Of a stretch of DNA of 64,000 bases, positions 39,026 through 47,979 are shown piece by piece. Positions within the stretch are counted from its first letter, which is position 1. The number at the start of each line of letters is the position of its first letter. The notes under the pieces were generated by a model. The model was not told the origin of the DNA. It did no database searches and was given only the letters and a program-made list of their open reading frames with translations. Position numbers and translations under genes: made by a program. Source of the DNA: Hyphomicrobiales bacterium (GTDB lineage: Bacteria > Pseudomonadota > Alphaproteobacteria > Rhizobiales > JAKPQE01); the NCBI GenBank assembly GCA_041397845.1, contig JAWKVW010000017.1:3503-67502 (forward strand), read 5' to 3'.

Positions 39026-39621
39026 GACCGGCGATGCGGGTGCTGGCCCGCGAACACATGGCCCTGCGCGGCATCGCCCGCGTGCTCGGCATGGATGCGC
39101 TGATGATCGAGCGTGGCCGCCCGGTCGATGTCGAGGTGCTGCGCGCCATCGTCGAATACATCTCGGCGGTGCCCGACAAGATCCATCACCCCAAGGAAGA
39201 GGATTACATCTTCGCCGCCATGCGCCGGCGCAGCGCCGAGCCGATCCCCGTGCTCGACCGGCTGCTGAAGGAGCACAAGCGCGAATATGAGCTGATCGAG
39301 CGCTTCTCCGAAAAGCTCGAGGCCTATGCCGCCGATCCCGTCGGCGGCGCCCCGGACTTCGTCTTCGTCGCCAAAAGCTATGTCAATTTTCTCGAGAACC
39401 ACATGCGGCTCGAGAACCAGGAGGCCTTTCCCCTCGCCGAAAAACTCCTGACCGAGGAGGACTGGGAAGCGATCGATGCGGCCTTTGCCGAAAACCACGA
39501 CCCGTTGACCGGCGCGGCGCCGGAAGCCCGCTACGAACAATTGCACAAGCGCATCATGGACCTCGGCCTGCCGCCATTCGGCCTCGGCCGCAACCGGGAG
39601 GGCCGTGATGGAACGGCGTGA
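39022..39621 (+). CDS. Hemerythrin-like (HHE cation-binding) domain protein
   Basis: 199 aa. The ATG overlaps the livM-like stop. His/Glu-rich helices are present (REHMALRG..., [42 protein letters not shown]). Confidence 0.6.
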   Translation: MRPAMRVLAREHMALRGIARVLGMDALMIERGRPVDVEVLRAIVEYISAVPDKIHHPKEEDYIFAAMRRRSAEPIPVLDRLLKEHKREYELIERFSEKLEAYAADPVGGAPDFVFVAKSYVNFLENHMRLENQEAFPLAEKLLTEEDWEAIDAAFAENHDPLTGAAPEARYEQLHKRIMDLGLPPFGLGRNREGRDGTA

Positions 39622-40825
39622 AGCCTTCATCTGCGACGCGGTCAGAACGCCGATCGGCCGCTATGGCGGCGCCCTTGCCGGCGTCCGCGCCGACGATCTC
39701 GCCGCCGTGCCGCTGCGTGCCCTCATGGCCCGCAATCCCGGCATCGACTGGGCGATGGTCGACGACGTCGTGCTCGGCTGCGCCAATCAGGCCGGCGAGG
39801 ACAATCGCAATGTCGGCCGCATGGCGGCCCTGCTTGCCGGCCTGCCCCATGCCGTGCCCGGCACCACGGTCAACCGCCTCTGCGGCTCCGGCCTCGATGC
39901 CGTCGGCATCGCCGCCCGCGCCGTCAAGGCCGGCGAGGCCGACCTCGTCATTGCCGGCGGCGTTGAATCGATGTCGCGCGCCCCGTTCGTCATGCCGAAG
40001 GCGACCAGCGCCTTTGCCCGGAGCGCCGAGATCCACGACACGACGATCGGCTGGCGCTTCGTCAACCGGCTGATGAAGGAGCGCTACGGCGTCGACTCCA
40101 TGCCCGAGACGGCGGAGAACGTCGCCGAGGACTTCAGCATCTCGCGTGAAGACCAGGACGCCTTCGCCTGGCGCAGCCAGCAGCGCGCCGAGGCGGCGCG
40201 CGCCGCCGGCGTCTTTGCCGAAGAAATCGTCCCCGTCGAGATCCCCGGCCGGCGCGGCGAGACCGTCATCGTCGACACAGATGAACACCCGCGCCCGGAA
40301 ACGACGCTTGCTGCCCTTGCCGCGCTGAAGGCGCCGTTCCGCCCCGGCGGCAGCGTGACCGCCGGCAATGCCTCGGGCGTCAACGATGGCGCCGCCGCGA
40401 TGATCATCGCCTCGGCCGAGGCGGTTTCGCGCTACGGCCTCAGCCCGCGCGCCCGCGTTGTCGCCATGGCGAGCGCCGGCGTGCCGCCCCGCATCATGGG
40501 CTTCGGTCCGGCCCCGGCAACGAAGCGCCTGCTCGCCCGCACCCGCATGAGCCTTGCCGAGATCGATCTCGTCGAGCTCAATGAGGCCTTCGCCTCGCAG
40601 GCGCTGGCCGTGCTGCGTGATCTCGGGCTGCCTGACGATGCCGCGCATGTAAATCCGAACGGCGGCGCCATCGCGCTCGGTCATCCGCTCGGCATGTCCG
40701 GCGCCCGTCTCGCCCTCACGGCCGTCAACGGGCTGCACCGCTCCGGCGGCCGCTATGCGCTCTGCACCATGTGCATCGGTGTCGGGCAGGGCATCGCAAT
40801 GATCATCGAGAAAACGGAAGGATGA
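39608..40825 (+). CDS. pcaF: 3-oxoadipyl-CoA / acetyl-CoA C-acyltransferase (thiolase)
   Basis: Thiolase motifs are present: [12 protein letters not shown] (active Cys), [17 protein letters not shown] and CIGVGQG. A GTG at 39605 is also possible as the start. Confidence 0.88.
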   Translation: MERREAFICDAVRTPIGRYGGALAGVRADDLAAVPLRALMARNPGIDWAMVDDVVLGCANQAGEDNRNVGRMAALLAGLPHAVPGTTVNRLCGSGLDAVGIAARAVKAGEADLVIAGGVESMSRAPFVMPKATSAFARSAEIHDTTIGWRFVNRLMKERYGVDSMPETAENVAEDFSISREDQDAFAWRSQQRAEAARAAGVFAEEIVPVEIPGRRGETVIVDTDEHPRPETTLAALAALKAPFRPGGSVTAGNASGVNDGAAAMIIASAEAVSRYGLSPRARVVAMASAGVPPRIMGFGPAPATKRLLARTRMSLAEIDLVELNEAFASQALAVLRDLGLPDDAAHVNPNGGAIALGHPLGMSGARLALTAVNGLHRSGGRYALCTMCIGVGQGIAMIIEKTEG

Positions 40826-40829
40826 GGAA

Positions 40830-41660
40830 ATGACCACCGCGTTCAACGAACAGAGCCATCTGGCCGAGGCGATCCGCCGGCTCGAGAACACGAGCGATCC
40901 GCGCCTGAAGGAGATCATGGAGGCCTTCAGCCGGCACATGTTCGCCTTCATCAACGAGGTCCGGCCGAGCGAGGCCGAGTGGATGCAGGGCATCGAATTC
41001 CTGACCGACGTCGGCAAGATGTGCGACGACGTGCGCCAGGAATGGATCCTGTTCTCCGACGCTTTCGGCGTCACCATGCTGGTCGACTACCACAACCACC
41101 GTGCCCATGGCGCCGAGACCGAGAGCTCGGTCCTTGGACCCTTCTATCGCGAGGGCGCGCCGGAATATGCGCCGGGCGAGACGATTTCGCAGGACGGCGA
41201 GGGCGATCCCGTCGTGCTCGCCGGCCGCGTTGCCGATGCCGACGGCAAGCCGATCGCCGGCGCCCGGGTCGACATCTGGCAGACCGCGCCGAACGGCCTC
41301 TATGAGGTGCAGGACGCCAGCCAGCCGGAGTTCAACCTGCGCGGCGTTTTCCGCACCGATGCCGAGGGCCGCTATCTCGCCCGAACGGTCAAGCCGGTGA
41401 GCTATCCGATCCCCGATGACGGTCCGGTCGGCAAGCTGCTCGGCGCCGTCGGCCGCCATCCGTTCCGCCCGGCCCATATCCATTTCATCGTCGCTGCGGA
41501 CGGCTACGAGCCGGTCGTCACCCAGCTTTTCACCGACGACGACGCCTATCTCGATTCCGATGCGGTCTTCGGCGTCAAGAACAGCCTCGTCGTCAACTAT
41601 CGGCCGGACGGCGACGGCTATCGGGTCGACTACGACTTCGTCCTGAAGCGGGCTTCCTGA
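40830..41660 (+). CDS. Intradiol ring-cleavage dioxygenase (hydroxyquinol/catechol 1,2-dioxygenase)
   Basis: The motifs YPIPDDGPVGKLL...GRHPFRPAHIHFIV are present. The cluster context (maleylacetate reductase) favours hydroxyquinol as substrate. Confidence 0.85.
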   Translation: MTTAFNEQSHLAEAIRRLENTSDPRLKEIMEAFSRHMFAFINEVRPSEAEWMQGIEFLTDVGKMCDDVRQEWILFSDAFGVTMLVDYHNHRAHGAETESSVLGPFYREGAPEYAPGETISQDGEGDPVVLAGRVADADGKPIAGARVDIWQTAPNGLYEVQDASQPEFNLRGVFRTDAEGRYLARTVKPVSYPIPDDGPVGKLLGAVGRHPFRPAHIHFIVAADGYEPVVTQLFTDDDAYLDSDAVFGVKNSLVVNYRPDGDGYRVDYDFVLKRAS

Positions 41661-42052
41661 TGGCCTATTTCGTCGTCTTTGCAACGGACAGGGACGGCCA
41701 TGGCGCGGTCCGGGCGGCGCACCGCCCGGCCCATCGCGAACGCCTGCGCAGCAACGACCATCCGGTCCGTGTGCTGATTGGCGGCCCGACGCTTGATGCC
41801 GCCGGCGCCATGAACGGCACCATGCTGGTCATCGAGGCCGGCGCGCTCGGCGACGTCGAGACATTCATGGCCGGCGACCCTTATGTCCGGGCCGGGCTGT
41901 ACGGGCGTCTCGAAATCCGGCCCTATGCCTGGGGCCTCGGCGTGCCTTCGAGCCCAGCAGGCGACGGGCCCGCAGGCGACGGGCCTGCAGGCGACGGACC
42001 CGCAGGGGAGGGGCCTGCAGCGGAAGGGCCTGCAGGGGAGAGACGGTCATGA
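41660..42052 (+). CDS. YciI-family protein with a C-terminal (PAGDG)n repeat tail
   Basis: The core is YciI-like (MAYFVVFATDR...MLVIEAGALGDVETFMAGDPYVRAGLY) and is followed by PAGDGPAGDGPAGDGPAGEGPAAEGPAGE. Confidence 0.7.
   Translation: MAYFVVFATDRDGHGAVRAAHRPAHRERLRSNDHPVRVLIGGPTLDAAGAMNGTMLVIEAGALGDVETFMAGDPYVRAGLYGRLEIRPYAWGLGVPSSPAGDGPAGDGPAGDGPAGEGPAAEGPAGERRS
41954..42043 (+). repeat. Six tandem 15-bp units encoding P-A-G-D/E-G
   Basis: The units are ccagcaggcgacggg, cccgcaggcgacggg, cctgcaggcgacgga, cccgcaggggagggg, cctgcagcggaaggg and cctgcaggggagaga. Confidence 0.9.
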
Positions 42053-42408
42053 CCTGGAATGCGCATCGGAACGCCCCGGCGCCGGGCACGGTGCTCTGCC
42101 GCCGCGACGAGGTGCCGGACGGCGGCGTGCGCGAATTCACCCGCGGCGAGGGTCGCGATGCCTTCCGCTTTGTCCTCGTTCGCTGGGGCGGGGAATGCCG
42201 GGCCTATGTCAACCGCTGCCCGCATTTCCTCATTCCGCTGAACACCGGCGACGGCGGTTTCCTGACCACCGCGGGCGTGCTCTGGTGCGGTCAGCATTCG
42301 GCCCAGTTCCGCTTCGAGGATGGCTTTTGCGTTGACGGGCCGTGCAAGGGCGGCACGCTGGAAGCGATCCCGCTTTCCTGTCGCGACGGTGTGCTGGCCA
42401 TTGCCTGA
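42049..42408 (+). CDS. Rieske [2Fe-2S] domain protein
   Basis: The Rieske CxH...CxxH ligands are NRCPHF and LWCGQHSAQF. The ATG overlaps the yciI-like stop (ATGA). Confidence 0.8.
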   Translation: MTWNAHRNAPAPGTVLCRRDEVPDGGVREFTRGEGRDAFRFVLVRWGGECRAYVNRCPHFLIPLNTGDGGFLTTAGVLWCGQHSAQFRFEDGFCVDGPCKGGTLEAIPLSCRDGVLAIA

Positions 42409-42438
42409 CGCCTGCCCTGACACATCTGGCCGGGCGGC

Positions 42439-43782
42439 TCAGCGCTCCGAGAAGGCGGTTTCGACGGCGTTGTAGACCGGCTTCAGGATGTAGCGCAGCA
42501 GCGACTTGTCGCCGGTCACGATCTGTCCCTGAACCACCATGCCGGAAAAGATCGGCTTCATCAGCCGGTTCGATTCGATCGCCTCGAGATCGAGCGCGAT
42601 GTCGGCCTTGTAGTAGTAGTCGCCGGTCTGCGGGTTCTGGTAGGTGGTCGGCGACAGCGTCTCGACATTGCCGTAGAGAATGCCGTCGCGCTGCATGTCG
42701 TAGGTCGAAACGATGAGCCGCACCCGGTCGCCCGGCTCGATGTAGCCGATGTCGTTCGGGCGCACCTGCAGTTCGGCGATGAGCTTGCCCTCGACCGGCA
42801 CCATCTCGACGATCGTCTCGCCGGGCCGCACCACGGCGCCCGCTTCCTTCGGCACGATCGAATGGACGATGCCCGCCGCCGGCGCCCGGATGACCAGACG
42901 CTCGACCCGGTCGCCGAGCTTGACGAGGATTTCGCGGTTCTCGGCAAGCTGCGCCTGCGCCTTGGAAATGCTTTCGCCGAGCTGCTGCTCCTCCTTGGCT
43001 CGCGCTTCGGCGAGCACCGCCTCGGCCTCGCGCAGCGCCTCCTCGGCGTTGATCAGGCCGTGAAAGCTCTTCGAGCGCTCGGACTTGAGCTGCAGATAGG
43101 CGCTTTCCGCCGTCAGGACGGAGTTGCGCGAGGCATAGCCCTGATTGGCCAGACGCTTGCGCGTCGCGAACTTGCTTTCCTCCAGCTCGAGCTGGCGATC
43201 GAACGCGGCAAGCTGGTCGCGCATCAGGTCGACTTCGGTCCGCTTCTGCTGCGCCCGGCTTTCAAAGGTCGCAAGCGCCGTCCGCCGGCGCTCCCGCTCG
43301 GCCGCGAGCAGCCGGCCGTGCTCGGCGACGAGATCGGGAAAGGTTGCGGCATATTTCGAGAAATCCGGCTCGGCTTCGGTCCGCACGGCCTCGAGCCGCT
43401 GCACCTCCATGTCGAAGCTGGCGACCCGCGCCTCGATCTGGCCGTTCTCGCCGTTCGCCTGCGCCTCCGCCAGATAGATCAGCGGCTCGCCCTTGGCCAC
43501 GACCTGTCCGGCATGCACCGGGATCGACCGTACGATGCCGCCTTCGAAATGCTGCACCTCGAGGACCGAGCCCTGCGGCACGATCTGGCCCGGCGCCGCG
43601 CTCATTTCCCGGATCGGAATGATGGCCGAAAGCAGGATGGTGCCGAATACGGCAATGCTGAGGACGGAAAGAATGCCCCTCAGGAATTTCAGGCGCACAT
43701 GCCGCTCGACTTCGATGGGAATCCCGAAATAGCGGGGGTCCCCGAAGGAGCGGTCGGCCGACCGGAGCAACGACAGACTCAT
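42439..43782 (-). CDS. Type I secretion membrane fusion protein (HlyD family)
   Basis: 447 aa with an N-terminal TM segment, a long coiled-coil hairpin and beta-barrel/lipoyl segments. It is the last gene of the ABC-ABC-MFP operon. Confidence 0.88.
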   Translation of the reverse strand: MSLSLLRSADRSFGDPRYFGIPIEVERHVRLKFLRGILSVLSIAVFGTILLSAIIPIREMSAAPGQIVPQGSVLEVQHFEGGIVRSIPVHAGQVVAKGEPLIYLAEAQANGENGQIEARVASFDMEVQRLEAVRTEAEPDFSKYAATFPDLVAEHGRLLAAERERRRTALATFESRAQQKRTEVDLMRDQLAAFDRQLELEESKFATRKRLANQGYASRNSVLTAESAYLQLKSERSKSFHGLINAEEALREAEAVLAEARAKEEQQLGESISKAQAQLAENREILVKLGDRVERLVIRAPAAGIVHSIVPKEAGAVVRPGETIVEMVPVEGKLIAELQVRPNDIGYIEPGDRVRLIVSTYDMQRDGILYGNVETLSPTTYQNPQTGDYYYKADIALDLEAIESNRLMKPIFSGMVVQGQIVTGDKSLLRYILKPVYNAVETAFSER

Positions 43783-43844
43783 AACGCAATACCAACTCGT
43801 AACCTGCCGTCCAATAAGACGGCATCAACGTTAAAATTGTCTGA

Positions 43845-46058
43845 TTACGAGGCGTTGCGCGCTTTTGTCCGGATCTCGCCGATGACCTGGTCCGGCGTGC
43901 CGTCCGCCGCGATCGCACCCTGGTTGAGCAGGATCGCCCGGTCGCACAGCACCATGTGGCTCGGCCGGTTGGTCACCATGATGACCGTGGCGTTTTCCTT
44001 CAGATAGGCGAAGGTGGCCCGGAAACGCTCTTCCGCCGGCCCGTCGATGAAGGTGCCCGGCTCGTCGAGAAGGTAGACCGGCGCCTCGCGCGCCACCGCC
44101 CGGGCAAGGGCGATCTGCTGGCGAAGGCCGTTCGGCAGCGCCGCCCATTCGTCGCCGGTCAGGCGCGTGTCGAGCCCTTGCGAAAAATAGCCGCCATGCT
44201 CGGCGATGCCGACGAGGTCGAGCGCATGGCTGAGCCTTGCCGGCTCGACCGCCGGCGCCCCGAGCGTGAGGTTGTCGCGCAAGCTGCCGTGAATGAACTG
44301 GAGATATTGCGGCACATAGCCGATCGTCCGGCGCAGCACGCGCGGCTCGATCTGGCGCAGGTCGACGCCGTCGATGAGCACATTGCCCGACTGCGTGTGC
44401 CAGAGGCCGAGACAGACCTTCAGGAGCGTCGACTTGCCGGACGAACTCGGCCCGGCGATCGCCAGCGACTGGCCAGGCTGGATGTCTATGGTGATGCCGC
44501 GCAGCGCGATGTTCGTGGCCCGTGGATAGCGCAGGCTCACATTGACGAGCGAATAGCCGAGCGGCTCGCGCCGCGTCTGCGTTCCCTTGGCCGTTCCCGC
44601 CGCCTCCGGCTCGAGCCGCATCATGGCGTTGATCTGCCGCACGATCCGCGCGAACTGCACGATCCGGTCCGTCGCCAGCAGCGCGATCTGGATCGGCGAC
44701 AGCAGCCGCCAGACGATCATCATCGAGGCAATGAGCCCGCCCGACGACAGCGTGCCGTCCATCACCCGGCCGGCGCCGATGACGAGGGTGAGGACGCCGG
44801 CCATCATCACCAGCATCTGGGCGAATGTGTTCAGCGCGAAATTGTAGAGCGACGAGCGGTAGCGCGCCTGCAGCGCGTCGCGCAGACGGAACGAGTAGCG
44901 CGTCCGCCAGGCATCGACCGCCGCATTCTCGCGAATGAGCTGGCGCAGATCGAGGCTCTCGAACTGGAACGCCTGCAGCCGGTTACCGGTAAGGCCGGTT
45001 TCGTCCGAGGCCCGCGACATCGGCAGGTTGGCGAGCGCGACGAGCGCCGAAAGCGCCGCGATGAGGATCACCGGGATGAAGGCGAGCGAGCCGCCCATCA
45101 CGATCATCGCGATGAGGAAGACCAGCGTGAACGGCACGTCGAAGGCCGTCGAGGCAAGCTGTCCGGCAAAGAAGTCCTTGACGTTGCTGAACTGCTTCAG
45201 CCGCGCGATCTGCGAGGAGATCGGCGCCGACTGGGTCATCGACAGCGGCAGGTCGAGCAGCTTGGCGAAGGTCGCGGTCGAGATCGCCGTCACGAAATGC
45301 GCCCCGGCATGGGCGACGATTTGCGAGCGCTGCCGCTTGAAATAGATCTCGAGGCCGACGACGATCGCGCCGACCGCGAACATGTACACGATTGTATCAA
45401 CCGACTGCGTCGGGATCATGTAGTTGTACATCATCATGACGTAGATCGGCACGAACAGCCCGAGCACGTTGATGACGAACGACAGCAGGATGATGGCCGA
45501 ATAGGACGTCGACTTGGCGGCAAGGGCGCTGAGATACCAGTTCTTCTTCCACTGCGGGTCCTGCGTTTCAGGATCGATCGCAAGGAAGGAATAGGCGGTG
45601 ATCGTCCGCCGGCCGGGGTTGACCGCCCGCGGCTGTCCGCCGTCTGCCGTGCCCCGGATGAGATAGGCGCCGCGCTCGTTCTGCCCGGTGATGACGACCG
45701 GCTCGCCGGTATCGAGCACCGCGAATGCCGGAAAGGCCCGCCGCTCGTTCGGCGCCGCCGAGAAGTTTCGCTCGATGCATCGATAGCCGAGATGGTGCAT
45801 GACCGCGAGCAGTTGCGCGGTCGTGTCCATGCGATCGAGATAGGGCATCAGCTCGGCGAGCTGGTGCTCCGTCCCCGACCAGTCGAGCGCCCGCAGCAGG
45901 TCGCGCAGCGCCGTCTCGAACGGGCTGGCGTCGGCCGGTTCGGAAAGCGTCGTGCCGCCGCCGCCGAATGCCGACTGCAGGTTGGCCCGGAACGCATGCA
46001 CCGGGTTCGGCTGGAGAGCCTTGCCCGGCAGTGGTCCCTTGTCCGCCGTCGCGCTCAT
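43845..46058 (-). CDS. T1SS ABC transporter with an N-terminal C39-like domain (HlyB-like); divergent signature and H-loop
   Basis: 737 aa. The ~150-aa N-terminal domain shows no CG-type catalytic Cys motif. A TMD follows. Walker A is GPSSSGKST and Walker B is VYLLDEP, but the signature position reads LPNGL and the H-loop reads VTNRPS. Confidence 0.85.
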   Translation of the reverse strand: MSATADKGPLPGKALQPNPVHAFRANLQSAFGGGGTTLSEPADASPFETALRDLLRALDWSGTEHQLAELMPYLDRMDTTAQLLAVMHHLGYRCIERNFSAAPNERRAFPAFAVLDTGEPVVITGQNERGAYLIRGTADGGQPRAVNPGRRTITAYSFLAIDPETQDPQWKKNWYLSALAAKSTSYSAIILLSFVINVLGLFVPIYVMMMYNYMIPTQSVDTIVYMFAVGAIVVGLEIYFKRQRSQIVAHAGAHFVTAISTATFAKLLDLPLSMTQSAPISSQIARLKQFSNVKDFFAGQLASTAFDVPFTLVFLIAMIVMGGSLAFIPVILIAALSALVALANLPMSRASDETGLTGNRLQAFQFESLDLRQLIRENAAVDAWRTRYSFRLRDALQARYRSSLYNFALNTFAQMLVMMAGVLTLVIGAGRVMDGTLSSGGLIASMMIVWRLLSPIQIALLATDRIVQFARIVRQINAMMRLEPEAAGTAKGTQTRREPLGYSLVNVSLRYPRATNIALRGITIDIQPGQSLAIAGPSSSGKSTLLKVCLGLWHTQSGNVLIDGVDLRQIEPRVLRRTIGYVPQYLQFIHGSLRDNLTLGAPAVEPARLSHALDLVGIAEHGGYFSQGLDTRLTGDEWAALPNGLRQQIALARAVAREAPVYLLDEPGTFIDGPAEERFRATFAYLKENATVIMVTNRPSHMVLCDRAILLNQGAIAADGTPDQVIGEIRTKARNAS

Positions 46059-47827
46059 GCCGCCCCCCCGAAGCTTGCCGCGGGCGCAGTGGCGAAGGCG
46101 GGCGGATCGGCGGTTCGTCCGGGTGGCGCGGCGTCGCGCGCCGGCGCCAGGCTGCCCGCCTCGATGCGCACGAGCTGGTCGGCAAGGGCGAAGTAGGACG
46201 GCCGGCTCGTCGCGATGATGATTGTCGCTTCACCGCGAAGGCTGGCGAGATAGCGGATCAGCGCCTCGTCGGCGGCCTGGTCGAGATAGGTCTGCGGCTC
46301 GTCGAGAATGACGAGTTTCGGCAGCCGCATCAGCGCCCGCGTCAGCACCACCTGCTTCAGCACGCCGGCCGGCAGCAGGTTGCCCGAACCGTCCCGGAGC
46401 GGCGTCTCGTAGCCGAGCGGCAGCAGCGCGACGCGCTCGTCGAGAAGGAGGAGCTGGGCGACCTCGCCGGCTTCCTCGGCGATGTTGACGTGGCCGCCAA
46501 GGGTCAGGTTGTCGACGATCGAGCCGTTGAAGAACGACAGGTCGCGCGACACGAAGGCAAGGTCGGCGTAGGGCGCGGCGCCATCGTGCCGCAGCGTCTC
46601 GCCGGCAACGAGGATGCGGCCCTCCTCGACGGTCTCAAGGCCGGCGAGCGAGCGAAGGATGTGCGTGCCGGCGGCGCCGGCATTGGCAATGACGAGACAT
46701 TCGCCCGGGGCAATCTGGAGGTCGAGACGGACGGCCGCGTCGCCGCCATGCGGCGTGACCGCCGCCGCAGCGCGGATCTCCGGTGCCGCGGACCAGTGCA
46801 CCGCCTCGATCGTGGTCTCGCCGACCGGCGGCAGATCGAGCGCCGGCTGCAGCATCTGCCGCGCCGCCTCGGCCGCCTGCACGTCGTTCGAGATCGAGAT
46901 GACCCTGCTTGCCGACTGCATCATCCGCCCGGTGAGCAGGCTGCAGCAGGCGACTGCGCCGGTCGAGATGTGACCTTCGGCGGCGAGCAGGCCGCCGAGC
47001 GTCAGGACGCCGAGCGTCGCCATCGAGCCGAGCGTCGAGGTCATCACGAATGCCCGGTCCGACGCCTTGATGAGCTCGTAGAGGATCGGTCCGGTGGTCT
47101 TCTGCAGCCGCTCGTGCCGCCGCTTGATGACCTCTTCGGCACCGAGGCTCTTGATCGTCTCGATGTTGCGCAGGATCTCGGTCAGGAAGTCGTTCGTCCG
47201 CACCTCGGATTCGTCGCGCTTGCGGTATTGCGCGAACAGCCGTTTGCCGGCCATGCTCACCGAGATGCCATAGGCCGCGATGATGCCAACCGGCGCCAGC
47301 ACGACAACGCCGCCGATCATCGCCATCAGCACCACGTTGATGATCATGAACGGCAGGTCGACGAGGGCGAGGCGCGACTGGCTGCTGTAATATTCGGCGA
47401 TCTTCTGGACCGCGTTCAGGCTGTCATTGCGCTCGCTGAGCTTCTGGAAGCCGCCCTCGTGCACCAGCAGCCGGGAATAGCACTCGTTCGAGACCGAAAG
47501 GGCAAAGGCCATGGCGCCATAGCCCATGATCGCATAGCGCGCGATCTTCAGGACGGCCTCGAGCAGGAAGACGACGGCGAGCATGACGAGGAACATCGTC
47601 AGCGTCGAACTGGCCTGGTTCGGAATGACGCGATCATAGATCTGCAGGACGACGAGCGGCATGGCGAGGCCGAGCAGGTTGATCGCCAGGCTTGACATCA
47701 ACACCGACTTCCGCGGCTTCAGGAAATCCTGCGCGGTCCGGCGCGGCGCGACGGCAGGCGCAGCGGCGCCAAACGCCGTCGCCTTGCGGCTCCCTGCCCG
47801 ACCAATGCCCATCGTTGTTCCCGCCAA
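46055..47827 (-). CDS. Second T1SS-type ABC protein (PrtD-like TMD) with a degenerate nucleotide-binding domain
   Basis: 590 aa with a T1SS-type TMD (LQIYDRVIPN). The Walker A position reads NAGAAGTH (no Lys), the signature position reads LPAGV and the H-loop reads ATSRPS. Walker B LVILDEP is retained. The stop overlaps the next ABC gene's start (ATGA). The exact start is uncertain (MGIG... or later). Confidence 0.8.
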   Translation of the reverse strand: MAGTTMGIGRAGSRKATAFGAAAPAVAPRRTAQDFLKPRKSVLMSSLAINLLGLAMPLVVLQIYDRVIPNQASSTLTMFLVMLAVVFLLEAVLKIARYAIMGYGAMAFALSVSNECYSRLLVHEGGFQKLSERNDSLNAVQKIAEYYSSQSRLALVDLPFMIINVVLMAMIGGVVVLAPVGIIAAYGISVSMAGKRLFAQYRKRDESEVRTNDFLTEILRNIETIKSLGAEEVIKRRHERLQKTTGPILYELIKASDRAFVMTSTLGSMATLGVLTLGGLLAAEGHISTGAVACCSLLTGRMMQSASRVISISNDVQAAEAARQMLQPALDLPPVGETTIEAVHWSAAPEIRAAAAVTPHGGDAAVRLDLQIAPGECLVIANAGAAGTHILRSLAGLETVEEGRILVAGETLRHDGAAPYADLAFVSRDLSFFNGSIVDNLTLGGHVNIAEEAGEVAQLLLLDERVALLPLGYETPLRDGSGNLLPAGVLKQVVLTRALMRLPKLVILDEPQTYLDQAADEALIRYLASLRGEATIIIATSRPSYFALADQLVRIEAGSLAPARDAAPPGRTADPPAFATAPAASFGGAA

Positions 47828-47979
47828 GATCCCAAGTACCCAGCCGAATTTACGAACGGTGGGTTAACTAATTGGAAATCACGTTCGCCGCGCCGGCGGG
47901 TGCTTAAGAATCTGTACAGCAACGCCCGATAAGGTTCGGAACGGATCCGAATCGAAGCCGTTTTTCCGGCGGAATTGAC

